Positions 40,669 to 54,209 of a DNA stretch of 64,000 nt are shown piece by piece. The stretch lies in contig NC_043013.1 in the NCBI RefSeq assembly GCF_006345805.1, positions 8,060,001 to 8,124,000 of the forward strand, read 5' to 3'. Below the pieces are notes generated by a model. It was given only the letters and a program-made list of their open reading frames with translations, searched no databases and had not been told where the DNA came from. Origin of the DNA: Octopus sinensis (lineage: Eukaryota). Each line of letters opens with the position of its first letter. Position 1 is the stretch's first letter. The translations under genes were made by a program, and so were the position numbers.

Positions 40669-41361
40669 TACTCTACCACTGGTATTTGAGTACTCTTTTT
40701 TCCACCTTGTTTCACATTTATGTGTTTACTCCGGTATATATATATATATATATATATATACCACACTACAGGAGTAGCTTACTTACCAACCACATGGTTC
40801 CAGGTTCAGTCCCGCTGCGTGGTGCTTTGGGCAAGTGTCTTCTACTATAGCCTCAGGCTGACCAAAGCCTTGTGAGTGGATTTGGTAGATGGAAGCTGAA
40901 AGAAGCCCATCGTGTTTGCCTCCCCCCCCCCAACATCGCTTGACAACCGATGCTGGTGTGTCTACATCCCCGTAACTTAGTGGTTTGGCAAAAGAGACTG
41001 ATAGAATAAGTACTAGACTTACAAAGAATAAGTCCTGGGGTCGATTTGCTCGACTAAAAGGTGGTGCTTTAGCATGGCCATAGTCAAATGACTGAAATAA
41101 GTAAAAGAATAAACGAATATGGCTGTGTGATAAGATGTTTGCTTTTCAACCACATGGTCCTGGGTTCAGTTCCACTGTGTAGCTCCTTCAGCAAGTGTCT
41201 TCTACTATAGCGTTGGGCCGACCAAAGTCTTGTGAGTGGATTTTGTCAATGAAAATTGAAAGAAGCCTGACGTGTATATATATATAAAATGTGACCGCGT
41301 GTGTACCGTTGGCGATTTTTTTGCCTCTGTCTTCCCTTCTCTGGATCTTTCCTTCTCCTAT

Positions 41362-41396
41362 GTTTCCGACGAAGAGTTCCGCTCGAAACGTTAAAC
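41362..41396 (+). ncRNA. Minimal hammerhead-like motif, second family
   Basis: GTTT-CCGACGA-A-GAGT/TCC/GCTC-GAAAC-GTT-AAAC. Confidence 0.55.
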
Positions 41397-41491
41397 CTTC
41401 CTTCTTTCCTTCTTCCTGAGCGTCCAATATAAAACTATATTGTTCCACGTCCTTGTGTTGTGTTTTTTTGTGCTTCTTGTTTTGGATTAAC

Positions 41492-41531
<40 letters not shown>

Positions 41532-41754
41532 TATATATAATACTAAAATAAAATAAATAAAAAATAAAATTAATTAATTTTATGTATTGGCTTATGTTTT
41601 TCATTGTTTGATTTGCCTAATAGTGGTTTTATCTCTAATTTAATATAATATGATATAATATATTTATACTATAAAATTGGATTTAATCCTAAATCTGATT
41701 TTTCCCTGTAAGTTTGGATTTATTCCCTAATATTTTATTATATATATATATATA

Positions 41755-43025
41755 CAGGGTGGGGCAGAGAGGATGGACGTTTTTGAAATGACTATTTCTC
41801 AGCCCCAGGAGAAGGGACATATGTCTGACAGGTACCATTCAGTCTGTGGTGTCAGAGCAATTTTTTTTATTTTCAGGTGAGGCGATGGCACTTTGGACAA
41901 TAGAGCTTCACATGTTTGCCTACGATAGTTATGTGAACAATGATAAGTCTATTACAGCAGTTCAGTGTGAGTTTCAGTGCCACTTCAACATTCACCAAAA
42001 TCAGGCTGTTCCCAAGTGACGGTCTGGTGTGCTGTTGGAAAAGCTGCTGTCATTAGTAGTCCTTACTTTTTTGAAGACAATGAAGGAAATGCTGTTACTG
42101 TGAACTCCGAGCGTTATATCAAGATGATAAACAATTTCTTTGTGCCTGAATTATGATAAAAACGTGGAGGCGCAATGGCCCAGTGGTTAGGGCAGCGGAC
42201 TCGCGGTCAGAGGATCGCGGTTTCGATTCCCAGACCGGGCGTTGTGTGTGTTTATTGAGCGAAAACACCTAAAGCTCCACGAGGCTCCGGCAGGGGGTGG
42301 TGGCAACCCCTGTTGTACTCTTTCGCCTCAAATTTCTCTCACTCCACTCTTACTTCCTGTTTCTGTTGTACCTGTATTTCAAGGGGCCGGCCTTGTCACT
42401 CTCTGTGTCACGCTGAATATCCCTGAGAACTACGTTAAGGGTACACGTGTCTGTGGAGTGCTCAGCCACTTACACGTTAATTTCATGAGCAGGCTGTTCC
42501 GTTGATTCGGATCAACCGGAACCCTCATCGTCGTAACCGACGGAGTGCTTCCATCCCATGATAAAAACATGTCTATTCAATATGTGTAGTTTCAGCTGAA
42601 TGGGACGTCAGCCCACATAGCCAGAGCATCAATCGATGTTCTTCGCCCTCTCTTTGGTGCCCACCGCATCTCCAGGTTTGCTGACATTCCTTGACCCCTT
42701 CAGTCCCCTGTTCCTGTGGGGAAACCTCGAGGCATGTGTGTATGCACATAAGCCCCATACATTGGATGATTTGAAGGAAGCTATTCCCATGGAAGTTGCC
42801 CAAGTTGACAGCAAGGCTGGAGAGAGTTGAGGCCAAGAACGCCTCCAGAATTGCATCAATGAAAACGGACACCACATGATGGATGTTGTTTTCCACACTT
42901 GATTTTGACAAATGCTAATTCAATACAAACAAATTGATGTCAATATAATTTGTTGGCAGCTAAAATTAATGATTATGTGAATTTTTCAGAAATGTCCGTC
43001 CTCTCTGATCCACCCTGTTACCCTG
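41755..43025 (+). mobile_element. Internally deleted Tc1/mariner element (rosa/DD41D-like), interrupted by SINE C
   Basis: TIRs CAGGGTGGGGCAGAGAGGATGGACGTTTTTGAAA and complement; remnants TVWCAVG...PYFFEDNEGNAVTVNSERYIKMINNFFVP and FLWGNLEACVYAHKPHTLDDLKEAI; D-D spacing not measurable. Confidence 0.8.
42164..42557 (+). mobile_element. SINE family C, full length
   Basis: GGAGGCGCAATGGCCCAGTGGTTAGGG head, GGTTTCGATTCCC B-box; 11-bp TSD ATGATAAAAAC (42153-42163, 42558-42568). Confidence 0.9.
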
Positions 43026-43700
43026 TATATATATATAGGTATGTATGTATATATGTGTATATATATATGTGTGTGTGTGTGTGCGCGCGTGCACACATGC
43101 ATGTGGGTGTTTATGTCTTTTTGTCTGTTTTTGTCTCCCACTATTGCTTAACAACTGATGTTGGTGTGTTTACAACCCTGTAACTTTGAGGTTCATCAAA
43201 AGAGAGCGATAGAATAAATACTAGGCTTAAAATGAACTGACTGGGTTTGATTCATTCAACTAAAAAATTTTCAAGTAAAAGATAAAAGATTATACACACA
43301 CAAACGCGCACACACACACACACACACACAACACACACACACACATACACACACACACACACACATGCGACGTATATATACATGATGCAGACATGTAAGT
43401 AATTTATCTATTATAAAATATAATAATATAAATTATTTACATGTTTTTAAGTTACGAAACAATTTGTTCTGATATGTGAATTTTCTTATTGTTAAATAAT
43501 ATTTCATCAAACTACTTGTCTATCATTTATGACCATATACATCATGCATAAATACATACATATTGGCAAGAAATCTTGAAATAAACTGAATAATGACATA
43601 TATATGTATATATATTTGTATATCTATCTATCTATCTATCTATACACATACACACACACACACACAACACATATATATATATATATATATATATATCACA

Positions 43701-44092
43701 GTGCAGGAGTGGCTGTGTGGTAAGTAGCTTGCTTACCAACCACGTGGTCCTGGGTTCAGTCCCACTGTGTGACACCTTGGGCAAGTGTCTTCTACTATAG
43801 CCTTGGGCTATAGTAGAAGTGAGTGGATTTGGTAGACGGAACCTGGAAGAAGCCTGTTGTATTTATATATATATATGTATATGTATGTGTGTGTATATCT
43901 TTGTGTGTCTGTGTTTGTCCCACCAACATTGCTTGACAACTGATGTTGGTGTGTTTACATCCCTGTAACTTAGAATAAGTACTAAGCTTACAAAGAATAA
44001 GCTCTGGGGTCGATTTGCTTGACTAAAGGCAGTGCTCCAGCCTGGCCACAGTCAAATGACTGAAACAAGTAAAAGAATAAAAGAATAAAGAA
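43701..44092 (+). mobile_element. SINE family A
   Basis: Full head and body; AAAAGAAT tail. Confidence 0.85.
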
Positions 44093-44101
44093 TATACTTA
44101 C

Positions 44102-44140
<39 letters not shown>

Positions 44141-44418
44141 TACGTGTGTGTGTGTTTGTGTATAATAAGCTCGTTATCATTATCGTTCTTAAGGCAACAG
44201 ATAATTGCTGGTAAATTGTTCCAAATGCTTAACACCATTTCTTCTGGCTCATGGCATTCTGAGTTCAGATTCAATTGAGGTCAACTTTGCCTTTCATCCT
44301 TTCAAGGTCGATAAAATATATATAACAACTTAGCACTGGGGCCCATGTAATTGGCTAACACCCTCCTGGTGAAATTACTGGTTTGCACCAAAATTTGAAA
44401 TAAATATTATTATTATTG

Positions 44419-44640
44419 TTACCTCTGCCTTAGTGAAGGCGGGGGTGTTGTTTACAGTCGTGTTTGTTTATCTGTTTGTCCATGGACAAGATATCTCAAG
44501 AACTGCTGGATGGATTTGGATGAAACTTTCAGGGATGTTTGGCCTCATAACTGGCATGAATTGATAAGATTTGGGGATCAAACCAGTATCAGACAAGGAT
44601 TCCGGATTATTTGTTACATTTACTTTACATGATTGCAATC
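44419..44640 (+). mobile_element. Helentron-associated (HINE/DINE-like) non-autonomous element, 5' part
   Basis: TTACCTCTGCC...GAAGGCGG start and ATCTCAAGAACTGCTGGATGGATTTGGATGAAACTT, as recalled for this class. Confidence 0.5.
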
Positions 44641-45247
44641 TTATGTTGACTTTCAAGTCTTTCTCAATTATCTCCCTTTAGGACGTTTCCAAAGTTTTAT
44701 TTTCGTTTCTCAATTAATAATTTTACTCGCGTCTTTATCTTAGTAGAAACTGATGGGTAAAGAAATCAAACCACATAAACAAATGACAGCAAAATCATTC
44801 AGAAATTAAATAATACTAACATACTTTTATGACACATATTATATATTATATATACATATTAACACTTTACAGTATACTTACATATATACATACATCTATA
44901 TATCGATCTAAAACAACAGGAATACTAAAAGAAGCCTGTAATTTAAGAGAAGAGAAAAACCAAAAGGTCTCATGCACCTGAACCCCACAAAAAACACATA
45001 TTGCCTACAGCAGACCCAAAAATGCTGCCCAGGGTGGACCACCCCTACTGCCATTCCTCTAGCTATGCTAGTGCTTGCCAGTTACTGCTGGCACTTATTC
45101 TATCAGTGTCTTTTGCTGAACTGCTAAGTTACAGGGATGTCAACACACCAACACTGGCTGTAAAGCAGTGGTGGGGGTGACAAACACGCATACATACATA
45201 CATATATATCATATATATATATATATTATATATATATATATATATAG

Positions 45248-45282
<35 letters not shown>

Positions 45283-46640
45283 GTATGACGGGCTTCTTTC
45301 GTTTTCTCTCTGTGAAATCAATGCCAAGTTCACCTGACTGGCTCCCGTTCTGATGGCACATAAAAAGCACCATCCGAACGTGGCCAATGCCAGTACCCAC
45401 TGACTGGCTCCTGTGCGAGTGGCATGTAAAAAGCACTATCTGAATGTGATTGAGGCCAGGCCTGCCTGATTCCTGTGCTGGAGGCATGTGAAAAGCACCC
45501 ACTACACTATCAGACTGGTTGGTGGAAGGGCATCCAGCTGTTGAAACATTGCCAGATCAGATTGGAGCCTGGTGCAGCCTCCTGGCTTCCCAGACTTCAG
45601 TCAAACCATTCAACCCGTGCCAGCATGGAAAACATATTAAATGATGATGATGATAATGAAATCCACTCACAAAGCTTTTGTTGGCCTGAGGCTATGGTAG
45701 AAGACACTTTCCCAAGGTGCCACACCATGGGACTGCACCCAGAACCATGTGATTGGAAAGCAAGCTTCTAATCCCACAGCCATACCCATATATTTTTAGA
45801 CTGACACCATAGGATAGATGTGAGAAACCAGATCTGGCTGTTTGAGCATAAAAAGGTAGAATATTTGGGCTAGATATAACTGGTTTAATCCTTTCATTAC
45901 CAACCTGGCTGAAACCGCCTCTGGCTCTGTAGTACAAATATCTTATTTTCAAAAGTTCTGAATTAAAATCTTCCACCAAACCTTTGTCACAATTTATGTT
46001 CCTAACACTAGCTGAATGATAACTAAGTTGTTTTACTAAATCCTTTGTTATATTTAAAGTAATTGAAAGAAACACAGAGCATCACAAGGAGGAATTACAA
46101 ACGTGTTTCGTGGTCTACTACCATAACAGCTCCTTTATAGGATCCAGTTAGCTCAAGACATCATCAGGAGGAACCACGTCCGGTTTCGGCCCCTACTCCT
46201 CTACCGTTTTGACATGCCCCCCCCTTTTTTTGGAGGTATCTTCAGCTCTGGTGTTGGGTGCATGCCTTTTTTCTTCTGTTCCCTGGTTTCTTCGATGTAT
46301 CGTCAGCAAGTGTCAGCCGGTGATACATACAGTAATGAAAGGGTGAAATGCTAAATGGTCAAGGATGAATTTTAAAGCAGTGAGCTTGCAGAATTGGTAG
46401 CACACCAAATAAAAGAATTGACAGCATTTCTTCAAGTTTGGAGTTCAAATGGTGCCACCAAGGCCAACTTTACCTTTCATCTTTTTGAGGTCAATAAAAT
46501 AAAGCATGAGTGAATTAGTGGGCTTGTTGAAGTTGACTAGCCCTCCCCTAAAAATTGCTAGCCTTGTGCCAAAATTAGAAGGGATTAACAGGATGAACTT
46601 TTGATACCACCCTATCTCAGTTGGTTATCTGGTACCAAAA

Positions 46641-46872
46641 GGCGGCGAGCTGGCAGAATCGTTGGCACGCTGGGTGAAATGCGTAGCCGTATTTCGTCTG
46701 CTGTTACGTTCTGAGTTCAAATTCTGCCGAAGTTGACTTTGCCTTTCATCCTTTCGGGGTCGATAAATTAAGTACCAGTTACGCACTGGAGTCGATGTAA
46801 TCGACTCAATCCCTTTGTCTGTCCTTGTTTGTCTCCTCTATGTTTAGCCCCTTGTGGGTAGTAAACAAATAT
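46641..46872 (+). mobile_element. SINE family B monomer (Meta-domain-like core)
   Basis: GGCGGCGAGCTGGCAGAATC head, GAGTTCAAATTC B-box, GCCTTTCATCCTTTCGGGGTCGATAAATTAAGTACCAG core; TSD ATCTGGTACC. Confidence 0.85.
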
Positions 46873-47172
46873 ATCTGGTACCCTGTTGTTTTAACCATTT
46901 CTAGCTTTCTTTATACTTAAGCATAAAATAACTCAGATTGTGTAATGCTTTTCTAAAGTTTTAGCATGTGATTCTAACTAATTATTAACATTGATGCTTT
47001 AAATTCCAATGTACCAGACCCTATTTCCTATTTAGAAGCTAACTAAACCATTCTTTTTATTGGGGGAACTTACAGAATAAGAAGCTAAAGGAACAAACAG
47101 ATACAAACAGCATGTGTGCATGCGTACATGCACGCATGCACAAGTAAATCCTCTAAACAGCCTCGTTTTTAC

Positions 47173-47277
47173 CATATCTTCTCTGTTGGAATTCGTGAAA
47201 ATTAAACATTTTCCCATAACATCTCTGTCAGAGTTCCTGGGGATAAATTGCTCTCTCAGCACCACGTTTCCTTTTGG
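47173..47277 (-). CDS. Candidate 105-nt symmetric coding exon, unidentified protein
   Basis: Acceptor CTCTTTCACTCTGCAG, donor ATG|GTAAAA; only phase 0 open: PKGNVVLREQFIPRNSDRDVMGKCLIFTNSNREDM. Confidence 0.35.
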
Positions 47278-47697
47278 CTGCAGAGTGAAAGAGTTCTATT
47301 AGTCTGTCTGTCTGTCTGAATGTCTGTCTCTGTCTATCTGTCTCTCTCTCTGTCTCTCTGTCTCTCTCTCTCTCTCCCTGTCTCTTTCATAAATCTTCTC
47401 TCTATCTCATTCCTGATCTTTGTTGTTCTCTCACCATCCTCTGCTTCTTCACTCCCAAATGTCCCTAACTGTCGCTTTTTCTCTTTTACAGACACTCAAA
47501 TATATTTTCTTATGTGTGTATACATGCTGATGCAGTAAACATACTCATATACATAAACATGCACACACACACACACACAATATGGGTACATAGGTTTATT
47601 AATATAATGCACACACACACACATTACACATAACAGCTTGGGTTTGGTATACATGCAAAACATGTTGTCTATATATTACACACACATATACATATAT

Positions 47698-47730
<33 letters not shown>

Positions 47731-48165
47731 CATCATCATTTATCATTTAACGTCTGGTTTCCATGCTAGCATGGGTTGGACGATTTGACTGAGGTTTGGC
47801 GAACCAGACTTCAATCTATATCTATATGTATATATATAGATATATATATATATTTTACAAATACACATTCTGTTCATAATTCATAGAGATGCACACATCT
47901 TTAAGCTTAAATACAAACCCCTGTGTGTGTGTGTGTGTGTGCTTGCATGTGTGTGTGTTGTTTGTTTGTGTGTCGCGGGTGTATACATCTACCAAATCCA
48001 CTCACAAGGCTTTGGTCGGCCCAAGGCTATAGTAGACAACACTTGCCCAAGGTGCCACGCAGTGGGACTGAACCCGGAACCATGTGGTTGGTAAACAAGC
48101 TACTTACGACACAGTCACTCCTTATATTCGTATTTGAATTTATTGTGTAGTCTTGCAAAGTAAAT

Positions 48166-48200
<35 letters not shown>

Positions 48201-48599
48201 CATACACACACACATATTATCTTTACAACTTCCGAAATTTATGATACAGATGTGTTGTGTGCAACCAATAGAGCTCAGCTGCAAGTGTTCTGATGTTTCT
48301 AATAAAACTTTCTTTGTTTTTCCTTTGTTGTCCAATAAACACTGCTGAGTTGTCCTTATCTTTTTGTTTCTGAATTTTTGAAATTGTAAAGGTAATTTAT
48401 GAACACCCAGTGTATGTGTATATATATATATATGTGTGTGTGTGTTTGTGTGTGTGTCTATGTAATGGGCTAGTGGTTAGGGCAGTAGACTCATGGGCGT
48501 GGGATCGCAGTTTCGATTCCCAGACTGGGCTTTGTGAGTGTTTATTGAGCTATTGGAACCCTCATCGTCGCCACCAACAGAGTGCCACGATATATATAT

Positions 48600-48835
48600 A
48601 TATTTCTTTACTACTCACAAGGGGCTAAACACAGAGGAGACAAACAAGGACAGACAAACGGATTAAGTCGATTACATCAACTCCAGTGCATAACTGGTAC
48701 TTAATTTATCGACCCCAGAAGGATGAAAGGCAAAGTCGACCTCGGCGGAATTTGAACTCGGAACGTATAGGCAGACGAAATATGGCAACGCATTTCGTCC
48801 GGCATGCTAACGTTTCTGCCAGCTCGCCGCCTTCT
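48600..48835 (-). mobile_element. SINE family B monomer
   Basis: Reverse-complement homology to 46641. Confidence 0.85.
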
Positions 48836-49215
48836 TATTTATATATACACACTGTTGTGTCTGGGGAGAGTCATTCTCTTTTAGTGCCTTATAATTTAAC
48901 ACACTCACCGGTAAAATAATAAGGCAGTAAAAGAGAATGACTCTCCCCAGACACAACAGAATATGCTTCGACACACGAACTCATATAAAGAATCTTGCAA
49001 ACCGAATCCAAAAACGAAATATATATATATATATATATATACATATATATACACTCTCGGAGTGGTTGGCGTTAGGAAGGGCATTCAGCTGTAGAAACAC
49101 TGCCAGATCTGACTGGACTGGTGCAGCTTTCGGGCTCCCCAGACCCCAGTTGAACCGTCCAACCCATGCTAGCATGGAAAGCGGACGTTAAATGATGATG
49201 ATGATGATGATGATA

Positions 49216-49630
49216 TGGCAGACACCCATAAAATTATCAACCATCGCACAAACAATAACTCTGAGCACCTCTTCAAACTCCACCCATCTAACACCCGTGG
49301 ACATATTTACAAAGTAAGAAAACAGCACAGCTCCCATGACTTCAGGAAACATTTTTTCACGCTGAGAATTGCTGAAGCATGGAACAAACTGCCGGCATCG
49401 GTTGTTAGTTGTCGGAGCACTGCATCCTTCAAAACTTCCATGCTTCCTGAGATTCGCCAACACTACACCTGATTTTCTCCCCTCCATACACACACAAGCA
49501 TGTATCTGACTCATACACTGTTCACTTTCCAGACATTTATACATTACTGCATATGCTTTATACGCACTTTCTGACAAGTTGTGGTGCACCTGAGCACTAT
49601 ATACAATAATTTCATTATTATTATTATTAT
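49216..49630 (+). mobile_element. CR1/L2-group LINE 3' fragment
   Basis: SNTRGHIYKVRKQHSSHDFRKHFFTLRIAEAWNKLPASVVSCRSTASFK, then 3' UTR and (ATT)n tail. Confidence 0.85.
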
Positions 49631-51331
49631 ATATATATTGCATTGTGTTACAGAGATTAAATGTGCATACGCACACACACACACATATGTACACACTTGC
49701 ATACACAAAGATATTCATATGCATGCGCGTGTATGTGTGTATATGTGTGCACATGTGTGTGTGTGTGTGTGTGTGTTTTGACATTTACTCGATCTCTGAA
49801 AACAAAAGACTCACTCAAACAGTATTGTTTTGCTTCCTGTTCTCTGCATGAACGTGTCCTGTCTGTTGTTCGATGGATCGGGGAGATAATTACTTCACTT
49901 AGACAGAAGTGATGCTGGGTGTGGCAACAAGTAGGGCATCCAGCTTTAGCAAACTTTGCCCTGGTATCTCTCATCATGGTAAATCATCATCATCATCATC
50001 ATCATCATCGTTTAACGTCTGTTTTCCATGCTGGCATGGGTTGGATGGTTCGACCGGGGTCTGTGAAGCCAGGAGGCTGCACCAGGCTCCAATCTGATCT
50101 GGCAGTGTTTCTACAGCTGGATGCCCTTCCTAACGCCGACCACTCCGTCTGTGAGTGTAGTGGGTGCTTTTTACGTGCCACCGGTACAGGTGCCAGGGGA
50201 GGCTGGAAATGTCCATGATCGGTTGGTGCTTTTTACGTGCCATCAACACAGAATCCAGTCAAGGTCGCGCTGGCATCGGCCACGTATGGATGGTGCTTTT
50301 TACGTGCCACTGGCACAGGATCCAGGGTAGGCTGGCAACAGCCACGATTGGTTGGTGCTTTTTATGTGCCACTGGCACGGAAGCCAGTAAAGGTGGCGCT
50401 GGCATCTGCCATGTACGGATGGTGCTTTTTGTAGACATTAAATCAAGGACAATGTGCAGTATTAGTTTCTACTATAAGGCACAATGCAACATATTTGGCA
50501 GGAGTGTACAGGGTCGAATAAATCATCCCCATTGGTACTTATTTTATTTTATGAATTTAGTTTGCAAGATTTTTAATGTGAAAACCTGTGTTGAAACAGA
50601 TATTGTTATTGTATGATACAAATAAGAAGATGATATTCTTTCGAACACAGAGTTGCCATTAGTACAATAGAAATGCTGGATAAATTACCCTTACAAGGTG
50701 GAAAAATTTGCCAACAACCAGCCATGGGACTTGAACCCATATACTCTTTTACTTGTCTCAGTCATTTGACTGAAGGGGGTGTTGAAGAAAAGTGGGGCAG
50801 TAATGGGATAGTGATTCATGTAAAAATTGGGGTGATAATGGGGGTGTCGATTCATATAAAAACAACAAAATAATGGGTTTATTAGGTTAAGTTTTATTTT
50901 TGAAATACAGTTGCTTTGAATTTGCTTCAGAAAGAGGTCTATGTTTGTGATGGTTAGTTGGGGTGGGGCGGTAGGAATGTGGCCTGGGTGTCAAACAGGT
51001 GGAGGCCCGAAGATGTTTGGGAACCACTGCACTAAGCATAGGGGTGTAACATTATTGGATATAATGATTTTACATATTAAACACATTCCTGGAAGTGGTA
51101 CTGTGTTCTACTGTGTTAGCAGTGCTATTAAATCACATGTTAAGGTCATTTCTACAGATTTTCTATAGAAATCATAGCCAGCACTGATTCTGTTATGACT
51201 TTTCGTATCCAAGACACCAGATCTAAACAAACAATGAGTATATTATGGTTGCATAATGAAATACTGTGTCCCTACTAATTATTAATATGTAAATGCAGTG
51301 TTATACGTGTGTGTGTGTGTGTGCATGTGTG

Positions 51332-51403
<72 letters not shown>

Positions 51404-51416
51404 GTATTTATGTATG

Positions 51417-51465
<49 letters not shown>

Positions 51466-51509
51466 ATATATATATATATAATATATATATATATATATGT
51501 ATGTATGTG

Positions 51510-51557
<48 letters not shown>

Positions 51558-51744
51558 GTATATTATATATATATATATTATATATATATATATTATATTA
51601 TTTATTTTATTTATATATATATATAAACATTGCCAGATCAGACTGGGCCTGGTGCAACCTTCTGGCTTCCCAGACCCCCACTCAGTGAACCGTCCAACCC
51701 ATGCTAGCATGGAAAGCGGACACTAAATGATGATGATGTTGATG

Positions 51745-51775
<31 letters not shown>

Positions 51776-51874
51776 CATGTATGTATGTATGTATGTATGC
51801 ATGCATGCATTTATGTATTTGTGTATAGAAATTAAGTTTCCATGTAGAATAACATTTGGAATTTTCTGTTTTAG

Positions 51875-51909
51875 GTAATCCTGAGATGGCAGCACTTTCT
51901 GTTGGAAAG
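51875..51909 (+). CDS. Candidate 35-nt exon
   Basis: Acceptor TTTTCTGTTTTAG and donor AAG|GTAAGA, both strong; (G)NPEMAALSVGK. Confidence 0.4.
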
Positions 51910-52445
51910 GTAAGAGAAATTTCTTTGTTTCTTCATTTGTAGTTGTTTTGGAATTTTCACTTTGATGATGACGACGACGACGACCACCACCACCATCATT
52001 ATCATCATTGCCATTGTGAAATCCCTTGTAGTTCAATATAAATTCTCGTAATAGAGTACATGCCTCATTGTAATGAAGTACAATTCATTTAAAGCAGTAA
52101 ATTCTTCATTATAATGGGGGTACAGTCTGTTAAATGGTTAATGGTTAATGTTATTGGAATTTTTCTAATAAAACTGTGTAAGGTGTTAGGAAGGCATCCA
52201 ACCAACACCCCTACCTAGAAAAAGAAAAAAACAAAACAAATACAAGTGAAACATTTGAGTGAAATGCATTTCTCCCAATTATCTTGGATGAAGTAACTCT
52301 GAACAAGAACTGGTTCTGTCTGCAACAGCAATGTCCATGCTATGCCATCATGGAAAGCAAATGTAAAAAATGATAATAATGATGACAATGATGATGATTA
52401 TCATCATCATCATCATCATCATTATTATTATTATAATTATTATTA

Positions 52446-53001
52446 TTGAGTGAGAGAGCAGTGCATGCCATCAAAGTGACGCTGGGGTAAAATATACGAA
52501 GCCCAGTATACCCATCATGACTACCCGTCTGATAAGGGTACACCAAGCACTTGCATCACAACCATATGTGCAGGACATGGTGATCTCATATCAAGATAAA
52601 CAGCACATGACCTTGCAGGTGGGGCCCAGTTAAAATTTTCTTCAGGTCGAGTAACCCATCCCGCTCAAAAGGTCCCTGAATAAGGATTGTTTAAGGATGT
52701 AGAATGAAACATCCATGTTTCCAAAGGTGAATTATCCAAACCCCAAAGAATCCCCCTCAACACATGGCTATGATGCTCCCCCACTACTTCTGCTCGTGAT
52801 CAGAGATGCACATATTGTCAGCCACCAAGGGACATGGTCAACTGGTTAAGGTCAAACAACAGACAAGCAAATTTGTGGTATTGAGCTGAGTATTTGCTGT
52901 AGCCCATCTTTTATACCAAGACAAAACAATGTACATGATAACACTTCCAATCAGTTAAGATCAGAAGCCATGAGAGCCACTGCCTGGTACTGCATCAGGG
53001 C

Positions 53002-53035
<34 letters not shown>
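52446..53035 (-). mobile_element. Retroelement 3'-UTR-like repeat embedded in (TAA)n
   Basis: (ATT)n on both sides; homologous to 12104-12540. Confidence 0.65.
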
Positions 53036-53037
<2 letters not shown>

Positions 53038-54115
53038 TACTATTACTATTACTATTACTATTATTATTATTATCATTATTATTATTATTATTATTACTAT
53101 TACTATTACTATTACTATTACTATTACTATTATTATTATTATCATTATTATTATTAATAGAATCTTTCTAAAGTTACATGTGACATATTCATAATGATGG
53201 CATCTATGTGTGCACGAATGACGAGTTTGGTATCGTAAGGCAGGACTAATAACCCAATCAACACAGCCGTCGAGTATGTCTCTAATTGGAGCCAAAGTTC
53301 CAGTGGCATGGCTTACCGAAATAATTGGAACTCTAGTTTGAAGTGATAAAGCACCAGCAATTGCAAAGAATCAGAGACCTTTGTGACACTTGGTTATTGA
53401 CGTTGCACTGTAATGTAAGGATGGAAGCGGAAAATGAACCATCGATCGATCTGTCTACTTCTGATATTTTGAGAATTTTATTAACTCTGCAAGCTGTGAC
53501 TCCTAATGCCATTTGGTGAGCAGTTATTGTTAGTAAACACATGCAAAAAAAGGGTGAGGTGAAATTAATATTGTCAGTGGTATATTAAAAATGGGTTTGG
53601 AAGTTTATTGGATTGAAAGTTAATTAAATATTGGCTTTTTTTGGTCGTTTTATTTGGATTTGGATTTTTAGATGACAGTTTTTATTTATTTTTATTTGTT
53701 TTAATTTCTCGTGTATTTATTATTCCCATTTCTTATTATTTTAGTTTATTTATTTATTATTGTGATTTATTATTTATTTATTTGGTGAAAGACTAAGTTG
53801 ATTTGGTAACATGCTGCATAGCAAACCTGTTGAACTCTCATACACAAGCGTGGCTAAACAGATGTTGAAACATAATCATGTTATGCATGTTAGGTATTTA
53901 GGTTTCATAGTTTCCCAGGTGCCTTTCTACAATACTTCCAAATGCCTGGACATGTCTTTTTTTGTTGTGTGTGTTTTTGTTCTTCCTGTTATTGATTATA
54001 ACCAAATGTTACTTTTCGCATGAGCCATTTGACAAAAACTTTTTTACTTCCACGTAGTCATTGGATTTCCTCACTTCATTTCATTTTTGCTTTATATTCA
54101 TTTCTTGTGCTTCAG

Positions 54116-54170
54116 TTAACTCATGGCAAAGATTGTAAAAGATTTTGTGATATTATTCAGTTAGATGTAG
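54116..54170 (+). CDS. Candidate 55-nt exon
   Basis: Acceptor CATTTCTTGTGCTTCAG, donor TAG|GTGGGC; LTHGKDCKRFCDIIQLDV, in phase with 51909. Confidence 0.33.
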
Positions 54171-54209
54171 GTGGGCGGTATTGTTGGGCTAGCTAGTATT
54201 GTTGGGCTA

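Noticed and set aside
42164-42240. tRNA gene-like sequences at SINE heads
   Set aside because: No complete cloverleaf or acceptor stem; they run into SINE bodies bounded by TSDs
47173-47277. Caspase-like look of MGKCLIFTN
   Set aside because: Following residues lack the R-x-G-T/S-x-x-D pattern and no QACRG-like exon was found
50160-50430. CRISPR-like repeat/spacer look of the GCACGTAAAAAGCACC modules
   Set aside because: Spacers are related to each other, context is a eukaryotic retroelement, no cas genes
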